Assembly (NCBI GenBank): GCA_963814975.1
Contig: CAWFFB010000010.1
Coordinates: 1 to 64,000 of the forward strand
Source of the DNA: an uncultured Acidobacteriota bacterium
Lineage (GTDB): Bacteria > Acidobacteriota > Vicinamibacteria > Vicinamibacterales > CAVVIG01
DNA: 64,000 nt
Reading direction: 5' to 3'
Shown here: positions 1 through 9,377 of the stretch, piece after piece
Position numbering within the stretch: position 1 is the stretch's first letter
Layout of the letters: the number at the start of each line of letters is the position of its first letter
Program-made: the position numbers and the translations under genes
Notes under the pieces: generated by a model
The model's input: the letters and a program-made list of their open reading frames with translations, nothing else
What the model was told of the DNA's origin: nothing
Databases searched by the model: none

Positions 1-188
1 GCATGCAGGACCGCGCGCTCCTCGAGCTCGCGACGGCGTGCGATCCGGCCGGCACGACGAAGCTCGTCGACGAGCTGATTCCCAAAGCGCTCGGGGACGT
101 GACGCCGCGCGAGTGGCAGTCGTGGCCGGCGAACGACGCGGCACTGGAGAACGCTCGCCGAAGGCCTCGCCCTCGCGAGCTGCAAGCG

Positions 189-1055
189 CTAGGGCGCGAT
201 CTTCAGCGCGACGAGGACCGCGTTCCACTCGTTCCCGGTCTCGCTGACCGAGGTCGTGTACGTCCCGGTCGTGGTGACCACGCGATACCAGGCGGCCTGA
301 TTGACGCCCGTCGGGGTGCCGGGAATCGCGGTAAGCGCGGTGAATCCGCTCGGCGTGCCGAACGTGTTCGGAAGGTAGTCGGCGACCGCGAACAAGAGGA
401 GGTCGTGGGCGTGCGTGGTCACGATCGGACCCGACGGCGCGGCGGGGCTGGTCATGCCGGCGCCATTCGACACACCGTCGAGCGTGAGCGTCGTCGCGAG
501 ACCCGACCACTCGGTCACGAGCATCGTCATCGTGTTCGTGCTGTTGGTGAGCAGGTGATCGTCACCGTCGAGGCTCGAGCCATCGGTCACGCCGTACCAG
601 AGCTCGACGTTCGGGTGGACGAGCGAGGCCGTGGCGCGGATCCAGCTCGCGACGCCGCCACCGGAGACGCTCGTCGTGGAGCCTGCGGATCGCCGCCCAT
701 CATCACGAGCATGTTGCCGCTGGTGGGCGCGGCATTGAGCGTCAGCGACAGCGACGGCCCGCTGAGCGCGTCCCTGGTCTTCTGCTGGACGAGCACTGCC
801 GCGCCGCTGGATCCGCTGTCACCGACAGCCGCATCGCCCAGCGCGTCGCTCGCCGGCCCATCGAGTTGGCCGCTGCCGCCGGCATCCCGGAGGAGCGCGT
901 GCTGCTCGCAGGTCTGAGTCGCAGGCAAGCAAGCCCCAGCCCTTGCGACAGACATTGTCCGGGCACGGCGCGCCGGCGTTCGGCTGCGGCGCGTAGCAGC
1001 CCGTGAGGCAGGCCACGATCAGGGCGATCGACCAGCGCAACGTCTTCCATCTTCG
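189..1055 (-). CDS. hypothetical lipoprotein, reading frame broken in at least 2 places
   Basis: A lipobox-like N-terminus (WKTLRWSIALIVACLTGCYAPQP) sits at about 1040. The Thr/Ser/Gly-rich remainder is read in three successive minus-strand frames (ORFs 742..1050, 587..955, 189..590) and stops at 189. Confidence 0.3.
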
Positions 1056-1071
1056 TCGACGGAAGGGCGCC

Positions 1072-1744
1072 TCACAACCCCGAAGAACGTAGCGGCCCTG
1101 CGTCATCTTCAGCATCACGAGCGGCGTCTTGAAGATGATGCCGAGCTCGGTGCGCAGGAACGTGTCGAAGCGCTCGAGCGACGCGGTGTACGCGAGATCG
1201 TAGAGCAGCTTGATCCGCATGTCGTCGGCGAGCGAGCCCTTGGTCTCCTCGAGCTGCCACGGGTTCTGCAGCGTCGCGGCGAGCTTGCCGATCTCGCTGC
1301 CCTCGGGGATCGAGCCGGTGTAGCCGAGCGAGATCTGCGCGAGGCCGGTGATGCCGGGCTTCACGTCGCGCATGCGCTCCTCGAAGAGCGGGATCGCGTA
1401 CGAGAGATCTCTGCAGCAGCTCGGGCCGCTCGGGGCGCGGACCGACGAGGGACATCTTGCCGCGCAGGACGTCCCAGAACTGCGGCAGCTCGTCGAGCCG
1501 CGACTTGCGCAGGAACCGGCCGACGCGCGTGATGCGCGGATCGTCGGCACCGGCGACCACGACGCCGGTCTTCGCCTCGGCGTCGGGGATCATGGTGCGG
1601 AACTTGTGCATGTCGAACTCGTCGAACGTGCAGCCTCTTGATGCCGTTCTCGATCGAGATGGTCTTGAGGCTGCCTGCGCGCCGCTGCCGGAACAGGACC
1701 GGTCCCGGCGAATCGAGATAGATCGCCGCCGCGATGAACGGCAT
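1072..1744 (-). CDS. bacterial sugar transferase (WbaP/EpsB-type polyprenyl-phosphate hexose-1-phosphate transferase), frameshifted
   Basis: ORF 1361..1744 gives [22 protein letters not shown], the start of the sugar-transferase domain. ORF 1072..1611 gives [27 protein letters not shown], the hallmark motif. ORF 819..1550 gives [12 protein letters not shown]...[19 protein letters not shown], the C-terminus. The three pieces are collinear but in different frames. Confidence 0.7.
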
Positions 1745-1899
1745 CAGCGGCGCGGTGACGACAGCCGAGCCGGCGATGTCGATCGCCCGTTTAGCGAACG
1801 AACGCTACGCAACACGAACGATCGTATGCACGTGTTGCAGCGATGCTGCGAACACGTGCGCACGCATGGTGCCCGCGCACACATGCACGTCACGCGCCT

Positions 1900-2392
1900 G
1901 TTATCCTGCGCGCGATGGCTCGCCACGATCCGACTCAGCGTGCCCGGCACGTTGCGGTATCGCGACATCGCCGTGCGCGTGGTCGCCGAGGCTGCGCGGC
2001 TGGTGTCGGGCTCGGCGCAGCGCGACCCGAACGATCCGCTCGTCGACGACGTGCGCGACCCGTTCGACACGGCCGTGGTGTCGGCGTTCTGGAGATCTTC
2101 AACAACGTCGCGATCCACGCGTACCGGCGCAAAGGCGGCGGGATGATCGAGATCGCGATCACACCGACCGACGGGAGCTGGTGATCGAGATGAGGGACAC
2201 GGCACGCCGTTCGACATCGACGCGGTCGCGCCGGTGCCGGACGAGCTGACGACGAGACCCTGCCCGAAGGCGGCATGGGAATCCACATCGCGAAGACGAT
2301 GCTCGACGAAGTGACCTACGAACCCGGGCCGCCGAACTTGTGGCGCCTGTGCAAGCGACTTGCACGCGTGGCAGGCCGGCCCGGAAGTAGCT
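1900..2392 (+). CDS. RsbW-like anti-sigma factor / serine kinase (HATPase_c), frameshifted
   Basis: Pieces ATIRLSVPGTLRYRDIAVRVVAEAARLV, LEIFNNVAIHAYRRKGGGMIEIAITPTDGS and GELVIEMRDTG...GMGIHIAKTMLDEVTYEPGPPNLWRLCKRL lie in three frames and are collinear with an RsbW-type fold. Confidence 0.4.
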
Positions 2393-2703
2393 GACGTGCC
2401 GACGCCATTCGAAGTCCAGACGATCGGCAACCGAGACGAAGCTGACGATTCGTGGCTCGCTCGATATCAACACCGCGCCCGCGCTCGCCGAAGAGATCGA
2501 CAAGATCGTCGCGGCGAAACCGACGAAGGTCGTCGTCGATCTCGCCGGCGCTCGATCTGATCGACAGCTCCGGCGTCGCCGCGCTCGTGAAGCTCTACAA
2601 GGGCGTGCGCTCGCCCGGCGGCGCCGTCAAGATCACCGGCGCGCGCGATCAACCGCTCGCGATCTTCAAGCTGCTGCGCATGGACAAGGTCTTCAACCTC
2701 TAA
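2387..2703 (+). CDS. STAS-domain anti-sigma-factor antagonist (RsbV/SpoIIAA-like), one frameshift near 2440
   Basis: VPTPFEVQTIGNRDE then, after a frame change, KLTIRGSLDINTAPALAEEIDKIVAAKPTKVVVDLAG, then LDLIDSSGVAALVKLYKGVRSPGGAVKITGARDQPLAIFKLLRMDKVFNL ending at the taa at 2701-2703. Confidence 0.6.
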
Positions 2704-2708
2704 CGTCG

Positions 2709-3890
2709 TTGCGCGTCCTCGCGATCACGAAGATCTTCCCGAACGCCGCCGAGCCGCTCGTCGGCGCCGTTCAATCGCCAGCAGTTCGCCGCGCTCGCGC
2801 GAGCGCTGCGACCTCGAGGTGATGGCGACGATCCCGTGGTTTCCCGGCGCCGGCCTGCTCTCGAAGTGGTCGAGCGCGGGCAAGCTCGCGCGCGGTGCCG
2901 CGCCGCGAGACGATCGACGGGCATCGACGTCACGCATCCGCGCACGCTGTTCGTGCCGCGGCTCGCGCACGCGACGTGGGGCCCGCTCTACGCGGCGTCG
3001 ATCGCGCCGCGCGCTCGCGCGCTATCGCGGCAAGGTCGACGTCGTGCTCGGCTCGTGGGCGTATCCCGACGGCTTCGCGGCGGTGATCGCGGCGCGCTCG
3101 CTCGGCGTGCCGTGCGTCGTGAAGCTGCACGGCTGCGACATCAACATCATCGCGAAGGATCCGGGACCGCGCCGGATGATCGGCGTGGGCGCTGCCGCAA
3201 GCGGCGCGCGTCGTCGCGGTCAGCCGCGCGCTCGCCGACGAGGTCGTCGCGCTCGGCGTCGACCGCGAGCGCGTCGCGATCGTGATGAACGGCGTCGACG
3301 GCGAGCTGTTTCATCCGCGCGATCGTGCGGCCGCGCGCGCCGAGCTCGGGCTTGCCCGCCGGGCCGCTCGCGCTCTACGTCGGCAACCTCAAGGCCGAGA
3401 AGGGCGTGCTCGATCTCGGCGCGGCGTGGGCGACCGTCGTGCGCCACGTTCCGGATGCGACGCTCGCTCGTCGTCGGCGGTGGACCGCTGCAAGGGCGAG
3501 CTCGAGGCGCTGCGAAACCGCTCGGCGAGCGCGTGCGCCTCGTCGGCCCGCAGCCGCTCGAGACGATTCCGACGTGGCATGGCCGCGTGCGACATCCTCG
3601 TGCTGCCGAGCCACGCGAAGGCACGCCCAACGTCGTGCTCGAGGCGCTGGCGAGTGGTCGCCGCGTCGTCGCGACGGCCGTCGGCGGCATCCCCGATCTG
3701 ATCACGAGCCCGACGCTCGGCGCGCTCGTGCCGCCGCGCGATCCGGATGCGCTCGCCGACGCGCTCGTGCACGCCTTCGCGACGCCTTACGCGCGACGAG
3801 GTCGCGCGGCTCGGCGCCCGCGGTGGGTGGGAAGCAAGCGCTGCGGCGCTCCACGAGGTGCTGTCGGACGCGGCTGGTGCTAGCGATGGT
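2709..3890 (+). CDS. GT4-family glycosyltransferase, multiply frameshifted
   Basis: A TTG start at 2709 opens MRVLAITKIFPNAAEPL. Later pieces read YRGKVDVVLGSWAYPDGFAAVIAARSLGVPCVVKLHGCDINII, RVVAVSRALADEVVALGVDRERVAIVMNGVD, LYVGNLKAEKG, EGTPNVVLEALASGRRVVATAVGGIPDLI and GALVPPRDPDALADAL. These are the donor- and acceptor-side motifs of a GT-B/GT4 enzyme, spread over all three frames. Confidence 0.6.
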
Positions 3891-3929
3891 CACGTGACCG
3901 TGAAGCTCGGCCGGAGCTCGGGGATGACT

Positions 3930-4871
3930 GGTACGAGTCGGAAGAGCCGACCCGGCTCGGCCTCGTCACGGAGCTGCAGCGCATCCGCCGCCGCATGGCG
4001 CGTGAAGCCGTTGCCGGTGCTGTTGCTCGCGGTGCTGATCACCGGCGGCGGTCACGTACAAGATCGCGAAGAAGCCGCGCATCTACGAAGCCGAGGTCGT
4101 GCTCGCGCTGACGCGAAGGCCGATGGCTCGCGCGAGCAAGCGCGGCATTCCGTTCGGCGAGCTGAAGGGCTCGTCGTCGGTGCTGATGCCCGATGCAGAA
4201 GCTCGTCAAGCTGATCGAGAGCCGCAACCTGCACCGGCTGCGCAAGAAGTTCGGCGATCCAGTACGCGATGACGAGCTCCGCGATCAGGTCGAGATCGAG
4301 ATCTGGAAGAACTCGTTCATGTACTACGACCCGAAGAGGCCAACGGCACGACGTCCGCGCGCGTCGGACTCACCGTCGTCGAAGGGGATCCCGACCACGC
4401 GTTCTTGCTCGCTCGCGACCTCGCGACGCTCGTCATCGCCGAGGGGTTCGAGAACATCGGCTCGTGATACGCCAAGAAGGTCGCGATCTGATATCGCCGC
4501 ACGGTACGCGAAGGGATGATGTCGAGAACGGATGGCCAACCTCGAGCACGAGCGCACGACGAAGATGGTCGCCATCTCGACCGCGCATCGCGAGCACAAG
4601 GAGGCCCTCGCCCAGGTGCTCAACATCAGCTCGTCACGAGATCGACGATCAACAGCAGGCAAACCGAGAAGACGCTCTCCGAGATCGCGCACTCGCAGGA
4701 GGCGCTGTCCGATCGCATCGCCGCGGCCGGCCTCGACCTCGTGATCGAGATCGTCAGCGAGCAGCGCCCGACCGGCCGGAGAGCAAAGGCTTGCTCATTG
4801 CGATGATCGCGGTCGTGGGTCGGGTGTGGGCGCGCCTGCTCGGCGCGGCACTCGTGCTTCGGTGCGTTTGA
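3930..4871 (+). CDS. Wzz/chain-length-determinant-like membrane protein, frameshifted
   Basis: The N-terminal TM-like piece is KPLPVLLLAVLITGGG followed by YKIAKKPRIYEAEVVLAL. The C-terminal TM-like piece is KGLLIAMIAVVGRVWARLLGAALVLRCV, stopping at 4871. The architecture is that of polysaccharide co-polymerases; the frame changes several times. Confidence 0.35.
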
Positions 4872-4989
4872 TTCACGTGTACATGAAACAGACGACATTG
4901 ATCGGCTGGGACTCCCGGTTTCGGGCCATGTGCCTGGAAAAATGCCGGGTGACACGCCTCGGAAGACTCGAGGCACGCGGTGTGCAACG

Positions 4990-6430
4990 CGGTCGTGTAC
5001 ATGCCACCCAGCGTCGACCAGGCGTCGAATGGGCGCACAGCGTGCAGGACGCGGCGGCCATGGTCCGCGACTACATCAAGTGGGACGATCAGCCGGTCTC
5101 GCTGCCGCACTTTGCCGAATCGGCCGTGCGCGCGTACAAGATTGCGATGACACCGCCGATGATGCCCGTCCTGATCGTCATCGACGGGGGGCTGCAGGAA
5201 GATCCGATCTCCCCGGAAATCAGCGCACGCCTCCGCGTGCCGAGGCTGACCGTCGCGACACCGCCGCAAGGCGATTCCGGCGCGGTCACCGAAGCGGCGC
5301 GGCTGCTCGTCAACGCGCAGACCCCGTTGATTGTCGCCGACCGCGCCGCCCGCACCCCGGCGGGACTCGCGAGACTCCTCGAGCTCGCCGAGACGCTGCA
5401 GGCGCCGGTGGTCGATCAGGGCGGGCGCATGAATTTTCCTTCGCGGCATCCTCTCAATCAGAGCTCCAGCGCACGGCAGCTGGTCACCGGCGCCGACGTG
5501 ATCCTCGGGCTCGAGCTGACCGATTTCTGGGGTACCGTTGACACCGTCCGCGACTCGCTCGTTCGCACATCGCGATCGCTGATCAAGCCAGGGACGAAAC
5601 TCATCAGCATCACCGCGACGGATCTCTTCACCAAAGGCAATTACCAGGACTTCCAGCGGTATCCGGAGGTCGACCTTGCGATGGCGGCAGATGCGGAAGC
5701 CACCTTGCCGGCGCTCATCGAGGCGTGCAAGCGCTTGATCAATGCTGATCGCCAGCGCGCATTCCAGGAGCGCGGCACTCGTCTGGCCGACGCGCACGCG
5801 GCGGCGCTCAACCGCGCCCGCGCCGAGGCGACGTACGCGTGGAACGCCTCTCCGATCAGTACGGCCCGGTTGACCGCAGAGTTGTGGGCGCAGATCAAGA
5901 ACGAGGACTGGGCCCTGGTCTCGGAGAGCGGCAACAGCAGCGGCTGGGCGATGCGGCTGTGGAGCTTCGACAAGTACTACCAGTTCCTCGGCGACTCGGG
6001 AGGCGCTGGTGTCGGCTACGGCGCGCCCGCAGCGGTCGGCGCCGCGCTCGCGAACAAGAAGCACGGACGGCTATCGGTCAATATTCAGGGCGACGGCGAC
6101 TTCCTGTATGCACCGGGTGTCTGGTGGACCGCGGCCCATCACCGCATTCCGCTCCTCTCGGTCATGCACAACAACCGGGCATACCACCAGGAAGTCATGC
6201 ACATTCAGCGCATGGGCAATCGCCATAATCGGGGCGTGACGAAGGCTCATATCGGCACGACGATCGACAATCCGAACGTCGACTTCGCGAAAATCGCCCA
6301 GGGTATGGGTGTCCACGCGCAGGGGCCAATCACGAACCCCGCCGATCTCGGACCGGCCATCAAGCGTGCGCTGGATGTCGTCAAACGCGGCGAGCCGTCG
6401 CTGATCGACGTCGTCACGCAGCCGCGCTAG
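4990..6430 (+). CDS. thiamine-pyrophosphate-dependent enzyme (acetolactate synthase / benzoylformate decarboxylase superfamily), N-terminally truncated
   Basis: The ORF is intact from about 5020 to the stop at 6430. It carries the ThDP motif GDGDFLY...N(28)HNN, a central TH3-like domain and the tail of the Pyr domain (VRDYIKWDDQPVSLPHFAESAVRAYKIAMTPPMMPVLIVID). The first roughly 110 residues of the Pyr domain are absent, and the space upstream is occupied by the Wzz-like gene. Confidence 0.7.
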
Positions 6431-6441
6431 AGGGGCAGGAG

Positions 6442-6915
6442 ATGAAGCGCTTTGCACTTCTCGCGCTGGTCGTGATTGCCACCCTGACGCTGGCGCCAGT
6501 CGCCGATGCGCAGGCGCCATTGCAGCTTCAGGCGAGCGCGTCGGCTTCTCAGGAGGAGAAAGCGTCGTCGCCGGCTCAACCGCCTGCGGCGACCCAGGGC
6601 CAAACGACGACGCCGGCGTCGCCAGCAGCTGCGGCTCCAGCTGGCGACCCGGCAACCGGCAGGAAGCTGTTCGTAAGCGACGGTTGCTATCAGTGCCACG
6701 GCTATGAGGCACAGGGATCAACCGCGACCGGCCCGAGACTTGGGCCACGTCCTATCTCATTCGCCGCTTTTTCCAGGTACGTGCGCCAGCCGACCGGTCA
6801 GATGCCCCCGTACACGAGCCGGATCGTGTCGGACACGGACCTGGCTCACATCTATGCTTTTCTGCAGGCGCTACCGGAACCGCCGGCGGTGCAGAGCATC
6901 CCGTTGCTGAAGTAG
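6442..6915 (+). CDS. class I c-type cytochrome (periplasmic, signal peptide)
   Basis: Signal peptide MKRFALLALVVIATLTLAPVADA and a single CYQCH heme-binding motif. Size 157 aa. Confidence 0.85.
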   Translation: MKRFALLALVVIATLTLAPVADAQAPLQLQASASASQEEKASSPAQPPAATQGQTTTPASPAAAAPAGDPATGRKLFVSDGCYQCHGYEAQGSTATGPRLGPRPISFAAFSRYVRQPTGQMPPYTSRIVSDTDLAHIYAFLQALPEPPAVQSIPLLK

Positions 6916-6929
6916 GTTCCACAACCACT

Positions 6930-7376
6930 TCACAACGTCTCGATCCCTCTCTTGATGCCCTCGATGAACGTGTCGATGTTCTTCGTGGCCATCCGATCCA
7001 GGAGGCCCTGGGAGCCGAAGGCCGCCATTTTTCCTGAAACGTTCACGGACCCGCGCCACGTCACGAGGGTTTCGCCGCTTGCCGACGTCGCGAGCGTGAA
7101 GCTCGTCACCATGTCCACTACGCTGGCCAATCCGGTGCCCTTGCCGGTCACGGTCGTGCTGATTGGCGGCTGGCGATCAGTGATCGCCAGCTTCATGATC
7201 ATCAGTCCCTTGATGTGCGAGATGCCGACCCTCGCAGTCACCGTGAAGTGATCGGGGTCTTCTATCTGAACTTCTTTGACGTCCGGCATGTGGCGGCTCA
7301 CGCTGTGCGGATCGGTCAAGAAGGCGTACACATCTTCTCTGGGCGCCTTGACGCTGAATTGTCCTTCCAGCTGCAT
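6930..7376 (-). CDS. coxG: CoxG-like SRPBCC protein (carbon monoxide dehydrogenase subunit G family)
   Basis: 148-aa intact ORF beginning MQLEGQFSVKAPREDVYAFLTDP, typical of CoxG/SRPBCC. It lies immediately downstream of the CoxM-like gene. Confidence 0.75.
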   Translation of the reverse strand: MQLEGQFSVKAPREDVYAFLTDPHSVSRHMPDVKEVQIEDPDHFTVTARVGISHIKGLMIMKLAITDRQPPISTTVTGKGTGLASVVDMVTSFTLATSASGETLVTWRGSVNVSGKMAAFGSQGLLDRMATKNIDTFIEGIKRGIETL

Positions 7377-7423
7377 CCTCGTCCTCTCGTATCTTGAGAT
7401 TGCTCCGCCCCTTTGCGGAGCCT

Positions 7424-8317
7424 TCAGGGCTGCAGGGTCCTGACCTCGCGTCCACGCGCCCTGTCCACGGCGGCCGTGAAGGCTCGTCTGAAAAGGACCC
7501 CGGCGAGATGACGTTTATAGTCAACCGTCCCTCTTGCGTCCTCGAACGGTTGGGCCTCGTCCCGAACCAGCCGTTCAGCCTCGCCGAGAAGAGTCGCCGT
7601 CGGAAGCTCGCCGTGCAGGAGCGTCTCGGCTGCCCGCGCTCTTATCGGTGCGGCTCCGAGTGCTCCCAGACTGACGGCCACCCTCCCGCAGCGTTCTCCT
7701 TCGGACAATTCGAGTTGAACGGCCACGCTCGCGACCGCAAAATCACCAGCCCGTCGCTCGAATTTGACATATGCGCCGCCGCACGGTCTTCGCGGCACCG
7801 GTACGGAGACTTCCGTCACCATCTCTGCGGCTCCAAGCTGGGTGGTATACGCATCAACGATGAACTCGGTCAGCGGAACGCGGCGAACCCCCTGCAGACC
7901 CGTGATCGAGACCTCTGTGTCCAGCGCCAGCAGGGCTGTGGGCCAGTCTCCCGCCGGATCTGCATGGGCCAGGCTGCCTCCAATGGTCCCGCGATTGCGG
8001 ACCTGGACATCGGCGGTCACGTTTGCCGCATCCGTCATGATTGGCAGGTGTTTCCGCACCAGGGGCGATTCGGCGATCTCGGCGTGCCTGCAGAGGGCCC
8101 CGAAAATGAACCCGGCGTCAGAATACCTGAATCCGGTCAGCGAGCTCACGTGGTTGACGTCCACGAGGTAGCGAGGGCTCGCAATCCTGAGCTTCATCAT
8201 CGGGATGAGGCTTTGTCCACCTGCCAGAATCTTGGCGTCCTCGCCGTAGCGGGAAAGGAGCTCCAGCACCTCCTCGATCGTCTGCGGCGCGAAGTATTCG
8301 AATTCAGCGGGATACAC
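7424..8317 (-). CDS. coxM: molybdenum hydroxylase FAD-binding medium subunit (CoxM / xanthine dehydrogenase family)
   Basis: 297-aa intact ORF. MYPAEFEYFAPQTIEEVLELL...ILAGGQSLIPMMKLR and NRGTIGGSLAHADPAGD are the FAD-binding PCMH-domain motifs. Confidence 0.85.
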   Translation of the reverse strand: MYPAEFEYFAPQTIEEVLELLSRYGEDAKILAGGQSLIPMMKLRIASPRYLVDVNHVSSLTGFRYSDAGFIFGALCRHAEIAESPLVRKHLPIMTDAANVTADVQVRNRGTIGGSLAHADPAGDWPTALLALDTEVSITGLQGVRRVPLTEFIVDAYTTQLGAAEMVTEVSVPVPRRPCGGAYVKFERRAGDFAVASVAVQLELSEGERCGRVAVSLGALGAAPIRARAAETLLHGELPTATLLGEAERLVRDEAQPFEDARGTVDYKRHLAGVLFRRAFTAAVDRARGREVRTLQP

Positions 8318-8331
8318 TGTTACATCCTCTT

Positions 8332-9349
8332 ATGAAAATTGACGCCTTCAATCACATCATCACTCCCCGGTACCACCAGCGCCGCATGAAGGTCGCGCCC
8401 GCCGGAATGCGGCTGCAGGACGCGGAACGCAGTCTTCCGACGCTGTTCGATCTGGACCGCCGGCTCCGTGTCATGGACACAGCCGGAGAAGGCTACGTGC
8501 AGATCATCAACACGGCCAATCCGCCGGTTGAGAGCATGGCTGGTCCCGTCGACGCACTGGAACTGTCGCGGATCGCGAATGACGAGATGGCGGAGCTGGT
8601 CTCGCGTTTTCCCGACCGCTTCCTTGGCGCGGCGGCCTGTCTTCCGATGAACAACCCTCAGGGGGCGCTCGATGAGCTCGACCGCGCGGTCGGGCAACTG
8701 GGCCTTTGTGCCGTCCAGATCTATACCGACGTGCAGGGACGGCCGCTCGACGACGCCGCGTTCTCGCCTATCTTCGACAAAGTGGCCGACCTCGACATTC
8801 CGATACTGCTCCATCCGGTTCGAGGTCCCGACCGAACCGACTATCCCACGGAACGTTCGAGCCGTTTCGATACATGGCGGATCGTCGGCTGGCCCTACGA
8901 TACGACGGCGGCCATGGCGCGTCTGGTGTTTGTGGGGCTCTTCGATCGGCACCCCGAAGATCAAGATCGTCACGCATCATCTGGGAGGCGTGGCCCCCTA
9001 CCTGTCCGAGCGAATACGGGAAGGGTACGACAAGCTCCTGAAGGCCGCCCGCGGCGCCAACGAACCGGTTCCGCTGAAGAAACACCCCCACGACTACTTT
9101 CATGAGTTCTATGCCGACACGATCACGATCGGCTCGGTGCCCGCCCTCGCCTGCGGGCTCGAGTTTTTCGGCGCCGACCGCGTCCTGTTCGCCACCGATA
9201 TGCCGTTCGATACCGAAGGTGGTCTCAAGTACGTCGAGGTCGCTCTGCAGGCCATGGAGAAGCTGGACGCGCCGGCGAGCGACAAGGAAAAGATTTTCGA
9301 GCTGAACGCAAGAGCGATGTTCCGCCTGCCCGGCACCAAGTCAACGTGA
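8332..9349 (+). CDS. amidohydrolase_2 family protein (ACMSD-type metal-dependent hydrolase/decarboxylase), one frameshift near 8945
   Basis: ORF 8332..9105 (MKIDAFNHIITPRY...LFDRHP) joins ORF 8672..9349 (KIKIVTHHLGG...VLFATDMPFD). This is the TIM-barrel amidohydrolase-2 signature; the frame changes once. Confidence 0.75.
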
Positions 9350-9377
9350 ATCTGAACCAACGCCTCGCCCTTGGACC

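Noticed and set aside
3-917. 304-aa plus-strand ORF at the window start
   Set aside because: Only the first roughly 60 residues look protein-like. The rest is Arg/Gly/Asp low-complexity sequence opposite the minus-strand lipoprotein fragments, so it is probably mostly antisense. It was not called as a feature.
4754-6064. 436-aa ORF on the minus strand
   Set aside because: It is antisense to the well-conserved TPP-enzyme ORF. Its Arg/Ala-rich composition is typical of reverse-frame ORFs in high-GC DNA.
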